This document shows, in pieces, positions 57,217 to 64,000 of a stretch of 64,000 bases of DNA. The position numbers were made by a program, and so were the translations under genes. Each line of letters begins with the position of its first letter. Positions within the stretch are counted from its first letter, which is position 1. This DNA is from Flectonema sp. DT1601 (lineage: Eukaryota). The notes under the pieces are model-generated. The model was not told the DNA's origin and searched no databases. It was given only the letters and a program-made list of their open reading frames with translations. Location: assembly GCA_964019425.1 (NCBI GenBank), contig OZ025795.1, positions 1 to 64,000 of the forward strand. The letters run 5' to 3'.

Positions 57217-58490
57217 TTTTTTTTTTGTGGAGTTTTTAAAAGTTTGGAACAAAATGCTGTCGAAAATAATTAAGTGTGTTCTCAACCATCCGAATTACTC
57301 TTAAATACCTTCCTCATCGAACCCTTTGGGATGTTGTTGTTGTTTACCTTTCTTCACAAATCACACAAAGCTCTCATACCTCTGTAAAGACAAGATGATT
57401 TATTATTTAAGCGGTAACTAACAACAGCTTCTTGCGAGCATTGGGTGGCATTTGGTTAAAGAAATTTATCTCTTTTTACCCGCCTTTGGTGTTGGTTTCC
57501 TTTACTTCTGTTCAAAAAAAAAACTTTTTCTTTTTTTTTTTTTTTTTCTACCTTCGAGATTCAGAACGGCATACCCTCCGCAGTCACCTGCTGACGGAAT
57601 AAGTCGTTTGATTCGAGTGCAGTGTTTGAAAAAATACATCGTAGGCAACACATCTTAAATAGTAGTTTAGTATGTGAGTGCCTCGTGTTTATTTACACTT
57701 CAAACAATAAGGAAAGGCTTATTCGCTGGAACGAATTGATGAAGCAACAAGAACGACACTGTCCCTTCCTATCCACAATTTAATAACAATAAAACCAGTC
57801 GAAAGGAATTACAGTTTTGACAAAAACATCAATCGCACGCTAACACATAAGCTGATATTTCCATAACTGGTTTTCTGTCACGACGAAGGTTTTGAACCAA
57901 CGCCTTAACGGGATGATCTCAAAAAACACAAATGATGGAAACGAAACATTTTTTTCTTTTTTATTGTTTTTTTTCTCTTCACCAAATACGACATCTAAAG
58001 TAGATTACTTACCACCTGCTACAATACGATAACCACAGCACTGGGGGACACAAATACAAGAAATGATAAAATGTAAAAATAACCAAATAAAGCTTTTCAG
58101 GGGGCCAAGCTGATGAGGGAGTCGCGATAGAAAACAATAATGCAACTATTGTATTAAATTTGTTATAATTTAGTCACTCATCCTTTCTTTTTTTTTTCCT
58201 TCTTTTTTCCCTTTTTTTTTCTTTTTTTTTTTTCGACAAAACAAAACTTTTTGGAAATCTGCCATCCAACCATGCAGTAAACGAATGAACTGATGGAAAT
58301 GTTGCAACAGTTCGTTTGCGCAGTTCGTTAACATAAAAATATGAAATCAATTTTCTTCCGAGTTCGGAGAGAGGTGGTAGTCCTACTCTACACGAATGAA
58401 ATAAATTGTATGAAATTAATCAAATCATCTTTTTGTTAGTCCGATAAAATATTTATAGTGAAATCCAATCCTTTAAATACCATTCACTTC

Positions 58491-59690
58491 TCAGTTTAGT
58501 TTGTTGAGGAAGTCGATCATTCCATTGAAACGGGCAAACACCTTCTTCGCGCCAGCCTGTGTTATTTTTATTATTCTAAATCAGAACTTTATGAAAATAA
58601 ATAGAAATTAGAAAAACTAACAAACCTCAACAGCGAAGGCTGGAAGTGATCCGGAAACATCGAGAGCGATGACTTCAGTAATGTGACAAGTAGTTGGTGA
58701 AGTTGGAACAACAACGTATCCCTGAGCGTTCATCTGAGCTCTTGTAAACGAAGAAGATTCTGGTGCTTTAGGATGAGTAGTTGAGACAGTTCCAATAACG
58801 AGAGGGTTCTCGAGGGTTTTGTCAAACTTCTTACGGCCTGCAACATCCATTTCTGGAAATTCTCCCTCGACTTTGAATTCCTTGCAGTCTTCTGGTGTTA
58901 GAAGTCTTCTGACGATGTGAGTCACAACTTCCCTTCTTGTGATACCCCAGACAGGTGAGTGAAAGTTGACGTAAAGAATTCTTCCACCATCAGAACCATA
59001 ATCCTCAAGTACGTTGTAAGCGTCGAGCATCTTATCGAACTGACGCTGAGCCTTTGGAGCAGCTTCGATGAGTTCTCTCGTGAATTGTGTGAGTGAACAG
59101 TTCACAGGACCAGAGAACTTTGTGATTTTGTGACCACCATTCCAGTCAACGTCTTGGTATTCCCATTTGATACCTTTCTCTTCTTTAATGAGAACCCAAT
59201 TAGGAGAGCTGCGGAGTTCAAGAACCTTCTTTACCTGTGCTGGTAGTTGTCCATCATCCACTGCAGGTGGAGGTATTTCTCTCGGTTCTATAATAGAGAC
59301 AGTTGGAGTCTTTGTCGCTGAACTACCTGCGTCGACTATTGGAAGAACTGATTTACGTTGCATTCTACGAATTACTAATGCGATCCCATGTGAAAGTAAC
59401 ATCAGAATAGCAACCTTCAGACCATTCCTTGCGACAAATCCAATCACACCATCCTTCACTCCTTGTGGGATTAGCTGAAGAACATTCAACACAGTTAGTA
59501 CTGCTACGAAAATCCTCATTTTCTGTTGGTCTTCTTCCATTCTTGCTAGCGTGTCATTAGTTCCTTCCACAAGTTGAGTGCACTTTTGTACGGCGCCTAA
59601 GATCGGCCCGTTAGTACGTCTTCGGGAGGTGACGCTCACGATATCAGTCTCTCCACCGCAGCTCTGCCAATCGCAGTCGTCGTCAGACAT
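58491..59690 (-). CDS. START-domain lipid-binding protein with N-terminal TM segments, two exons (intron 58557-58625)
   Basis: WVLIKEEKGI, SPVWGITRRE, HPKAP...RA, D.SGSLP; splicing adds the terminal helix AGAKKVFARFNGMIDFLNKLN. Confidence 0.85.
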
Positions 59691-59742
59691 GTTGTTCGTA
59701 AAAGTAATCTGATTCATGATAACATAATAATAGTAATACAGA

Positions 59743-60125
59743 GATCAGTAGATCATTAGACCAGTAGATCATTAGACCAGTAGATCATTAGACCAGTAGA
59801 TCATTAGACCAGTAGATCATTAGACCAGTAGATCATTAGACCAGTAGATCATTAGACCAGTAGATCATTAGACCAGTAGATCATTAGACCAGTAGATCAT
59901 TAGACCAGTAGATCATTAGACCAGTAGATCATTAGACCAGTAGATCATTAGACCAGTAGATCATTAGACCAGTAGATCAGTAGATCATTAGACCAGTAGA
60001 TCATTAGACCAGTAGATCATTAGACCAGTAGATCATTAGACCAGTAGATCAGTAGATCATTAGACCAGTAGATCATTAGACCAGTAGATCATTAGACCAG
60101 TAGATCATTAGACCAGTAGATCATT
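59743..60125. repeat. 16-bp minisatellite (CAGTAGATCATTAGAC)n, ~23 units
   Basis: Direct reading, with occasional 8-bp half-unit slips. Confidence 0.97.
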
Positions 60126-60808
60126 CCCTAAACAACATAAAAACTTTTCCAGTCAATTCAAAATTGTCTTCATTTTTGTAATCTGTTTTGTGAGAATATC
60201 CATCCACTACTAATAATATTAATCTGCTCACTAAATATCGCACAGCAGTCAAGGCTGATCAACGGGAAAGACAAACCAAAGTAGTTAATTAAGAACTTTT
60301 ATCATATTAACTACCTGATTGTAATGTAAAAAGTGATTGGTAACAAATACCCGTAACATTACAGAGAGAAATTATCATTCAACCACCGGCTGTTATTAGA
60401 CCCCAAGTGGGTGTAACGGTTGAGTATTTCGTTATCGTTTTCCTCACTTTCTTTTAGAATTTTATAAAAAATAGATGAACAGAAGAGTTGCTTAAAACTA
60501 CTTCTTTATCTTTGCGAATTACGGATACGCTACCATAACGAAAAAGAAAACCAGAACAGAACAAGCTAAAGAGATTGAAGATTACGGAAAATCACAACGT
60601 GGAGCAGCACAAGTCAATTCATTGCTGTCACGTTGCTTGTTTTAGCTTCATTATAATAATAGAGAGTGTAAACAGTGTGTGTAGGGCACTAATTGTTTAC
60701 TTGTCATCTACACAGAATCCTCTAATTGCTGGAAATACAATCAATGAGGGTAAGAAAGGGAACATCACGACCAATATTCTATCTTTCATAAAGAAGATAG
60801 AATACAGG

Positions 60809-63244
60809 TCACGATGATCCCTTAACTACAACCTTTGTCGGAGTAGGTTGCGGTGCGATACTTTCCCAGGCTCGTTTTGGCCTTCGCCTGGGTTTTACAG
60901 GTGCTGGGTCATCATCAGTAAGAAGACGAACAGAACACGCGAGTATCACAGAAAACAAGAATGCTGCAAAGAATAGAATAGCAGTAATTGAGAAAACAGC
61001 AGTCATAGTATTGTAATGCAAAGTAAACCAATCCTCTAGTTTAACAGAACACGGCTCTGTGTTTGTATTACTTCTCTCACATGAAGAAGGGCACTGAAAT
61101 ACATTCGGAGTGTTAAAGCATCCCTTAGACCATCCAGAACATCCTAAGTTTCTCTGAACAGCGCAGATTAATTCTGAGTTGGTAGATACTTGATCTTCCC
61201 AATAATCTTTTAGTGATGCTCGTACGTCATTACGCTTTCCCCAAAGATCTTTTACATACATATTGATCATTAGTGTGCCAAAACAATATACTCCTTCTTC
61301 AATAAATAACAACAGTGCGCTAACAGAGAATAATATTCTACTTTTACAACAGACGGCACTCAGTAGAACCAGACGTAGGATCTTGTACCCTCCACACACT
61401 CCCATCATTATTATAAAGAAGGTTTCACTTACAGACTCATCGTTATATTGGAATATATAAATTAAATAAATAATTGCTGAAGCACTTGCCATTAAGTACA
61501 CAACAGACAAACACAAAACATATCGATGCATGTATTTCTGAGAACGGGTAAACTCTTCGATGTCAAACCCTTCTTCATTAGCTAACCGTGATCGTATTAG
61601 ACACCAACCACCACATACGAGGACACCAACGCCGGTTATAATCGCAAGTGTTATCCCACTCAGTTCTGCAAGAGCTTCTTTAAAAGCTTTACCGAGACCT
61701 AATGGTGGTTCATAAGGATGGAATTGAGCTGTTATAGTACAATTAACTCCTTCTTTACAAACAGAACAGTGTTTTGAACCAGTAAATAATCCATCACAAG
61801 AACGATGAGTACATTCATATTTTGATGCATCACTAGTGAGGATCACATTAAATGTTTCGATTCCAATAAGATTAGAAGGTTTTTGAAGTACCCAGGGAGT
61901 GAGATCTGATATGGTTGCAGTTATTATGAATTCCTGATCTTCTTGAATCGGACCGTCAATAAAGGAATTGGCATTAAAAACAAAATTAGATTGCGTAACG
62001 TCTTCTACGATAGTGTTGTTTACTTTCCAAGTAATGGAACAATCAACACGTCGTCCCCAGCGGGGGTTGACATGCAGGGCTGCTGTCGGATGTGATTTAT
62101 TAACAATTGTTGTTTCTGCTGACAGAGGACATCTGGGTGTTCCAATCTTCATAGCTGGTTTCATATCGTAAATACTTTTTACAATCGCTTCTTTACAAAC
62201 TGGGCAGAATGACTCTCCTACAGTTGAGAACATAATACATTCTTCATTTGTGGGCTTATAATAATTTGAGTACCCACAAACAGGAGAAGGTTTCTGCAAC
62301 ACCTCACCAGCATCAATCCAGCCTGCCCACGGAATGCTTCCTGAACCACTCCAACAGTTTGCCAGAGGAATGTGATCGCTTTCAAATAGTTGAAAATCAT
62401 ACTCATCGCTGAGGTCAGCAATACTGTGGCCAAGTTCATGTGCAAGTACAGCACCTAAGTATTCACCGTTATACACTACAGCAGTGTTAGTACCTCCAGT
62501 ACCTCCATAAGTAATATCATTTACAATAACAATTCGTGAGTCTACTGCTGGTACTGTCGCTGCCAGTGCTGCCACAAGACGAGAGCTGCAAGAGAGAGCG
62601 CGGATAGTAGTCTTTCCGTAGCTGCAATCAAGATTCGTATCAACTGATATGCCGTTACTTGGATGTGATGCTCCACGTTCAGCAGAAGGTTGAAAGACTG
62701 CGTAGATATTCCAAAGTCCGAAGTACTTGTCGTACGGTTCTATTCCAACTACTCCATCAATTGCTCTGCTGACATCCCGAAAGAAGTTCTCGTGTTCACC
62801 TGAAAGGTATCCCGAAGATAGAAATACAACATTAGGTTGTTGTTGAACTAACCCAGCAAGTTGCATAGTTCTATGAATAATATTACTGTTGGATAATGTT
62901 GTTGGTTGACTTCGGATTGGTATGCTGCTGTCTGAGATTGTTAAAGAATGCGCATCACTACTCACAATTAAATAAATCTCACGCTCATGAGCAAATCCCT
63001 CACAATGTGATGAAGGAGTTGGAATCTTAGTAATTAATTGATAGTTCTCATTACTTGTTGTGATGTTGATTCGAATTGTTCTGCCTTCGCTCCAATTGAC
63101 GCTTTCAGTTAGCGCGGAGTTTGTACTTTTAATTACATCACATTCCCAACCGTCCTCCGAATACGACAACGCTACTAAGTTGTGTTCTCTTCCTTCACAG
63201 AAAGATAGGACGGAGGATATCAATGCGAGCCATACTTTTATCAT
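60809..63244 (-). CDS. Peptidase M64-like zinc metalloprotease fused to a C-terminal tetraspanin-like multi-TM domain
   Basis: Signal peptide; EPYDKY...NIYAV, YGGTG, AHELGHSIADLSDEY, CIM...FCPVC; then TM helices and QRNLGCSGW with a Cys-rich loop and a final TM. Confidence 0.8.
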   Translation of the reverse strand: MIKVWLALISSVLSFCEGREHNLVALSYSEDGWECDVIKSTNSALTESVNWSEGRTIRINITTSNENYQLITKIPTPSSHCEGFAHEREIYLIVSSDAHSLTISDSSIPIRSQPTTLSNSNIIHRTMQLAGLVQQQPNVVFLSSGYLSGEHENFFRDVSRAIDGVVGIEPYDKYFGLWNIYAVFQPSAERGASHPSNGISVDTNLDCSYGKTTIRALSCSSRLVAALAATVPAVDSRIVIVNDITYGGTGGTNTAVVYNGEYLGAVLAHELGHSIADLSDEYDFQLFESDHIPLANCWSGSGSIPWAGWIDAGEVLQKPSPVCGYSNYYKPTNEECIMFSTVGESFCPVCKEAIVKSIYDMKPAMKIGTPRCPLSAETTIVNKSHPTAALHVNPRWGRRVDCSITWKVNNTIVEDVTQSNFVFNANSFIDGPIQEDQEFIITATISDLTPWVLQKPSNLIGIETFNVILTSDASKYECTHRSCDGLFTGSKHCSVCKEGVNCTITAQFHPYEPPLGLGKAFKEALAELSGITLAIITGVGVLVCGGWCLIRSRLANEEGFDIEEFTRSQKYMHRYVLCLSVVYLMASASAIIYLIYIFQYNDESVSETFFIIMMGVCGGYKILRLVLLSAVCCKSRILFSVSALLLFIEEGVYCFGTLMINMYVKDLWGKRNDVRASLKDYWEDQVSTNSELICAVQRNLGCSGWSKGCFNTPNVFQCPSSCERSNTNTEPCSVKLEDWFTLHYNTMTAVFSITAILFFAAFLFSVILACSVRLLTDDDPAPVKPRRRPKRAWESIAPQPTPTKVVVKGSS

Positions 63245-64000
63245 TACTGTGAGGGGTTTTAATAATAGTAATTTAATAAATGTTTGACGCTATCCTTATG
63301 CGTAGATCACATCGTGTACGTAATAATATCAGCACCCAACTTCTGTTGAGTATCAATCACAAGCTACTCGCTGAGAGCCTTCGTATTCTAAGGTCACAAG
63401 TTGCTTTAAATCAAAAAAACAGAAATCACTTTTTTGAGAAAAAAGAGATAAATATCTCTCAAAACTAATTGTAAGACGTTGAAGGAAGACTCGTAACGAA
63501 AATAAATATAAAAACGACACATTAAAAGGATATAAAAAATACGAAGAAAGTATTCTTTGTAAACATCTCCCTTTTTTATAAAACCTCTTTATTTGCTTCT
63601 ACTAACTCGCAGACATATACCAGAAAAAGAAAAAAATGAAATATCAACCACAACACTCAAGGTAAGGCTACTATATTTAGAGTTATAGGTTGAGAATAAT
63701 AATTAAGAAAAAAAAAACACAAAAAACCCAAATTCAACTTATTCATACCAAAGTAATTAATTGTTGTCGTTTGAGACAACCATTTTAAATGCATTTAAGC
63801 AATAAAGAATTCAATTCTCTGGTAGAGTAACGAACCGCAACTTATAAAAGAAGTGAAAGTACTGAACTGATTGTGCTGCATCCATACTTCGTTATAATTA
63901 AAAAAAAAAAAAAAAAAAAAAAACATCGGTAGGCCAGAGAACATAGAAATTAAAATCAATAAACAGCTAGTCATCGAGGAATGCGAATATTTCGAAGTTG

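Noticed and set aside
59743..60125. CRISPR array
   Set aside because: Contiguous tandem units with no unique spacers; eukaryotic context; no cas genes.

Overview
Eukaryotic DNA, probably from a euglenozoan (diplonemid-like) protist. This is inferred from the single-strand gene array, short GT-AG introns and VIPER/TATE-type retroelements. Bases 1-16.4 kb are arrays of the 8-mer (GGGTTTGC)n interrupted by three distinct, same-orientation insertions of tyrosine-recombinase (YR) retrotransposon type. The first is an apparently intact 4.85-kb element (gag-like, YR, RT-RNase H; identical split direct repeats A1-ORFs-B1-A2-B2). The second is a 414-bp solo terminal unit. The third is a divergent, GC-rich, decayed element. 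All three carry GTTCCC-N11/12-GG|TTTGC at their right end, and the two complete ones begin with GCGGGGAACC, so all sit in the G-run of the repeat. This points to a satellite-targeted, site-specific retrotransposon system. The repeat's G-rich strand points into the genes, the wrong way for a telomere at the left end of this window. The 16.4-25 kb zone holds decayed sequences: repeat mosaic, Crinkler-like NTPase/nuclease and HNH remnants, and a Penelope-like RT fragment. From 25 to 64 kb the host genes are all on the minus strand: a TPR protein, coiled-coil proteins, three tandem sulfatases, an F-box-like protein, a nucleotide-sugar transporter, a START-domain protein and an M64 peptidase-tetraspanin-like fusion.
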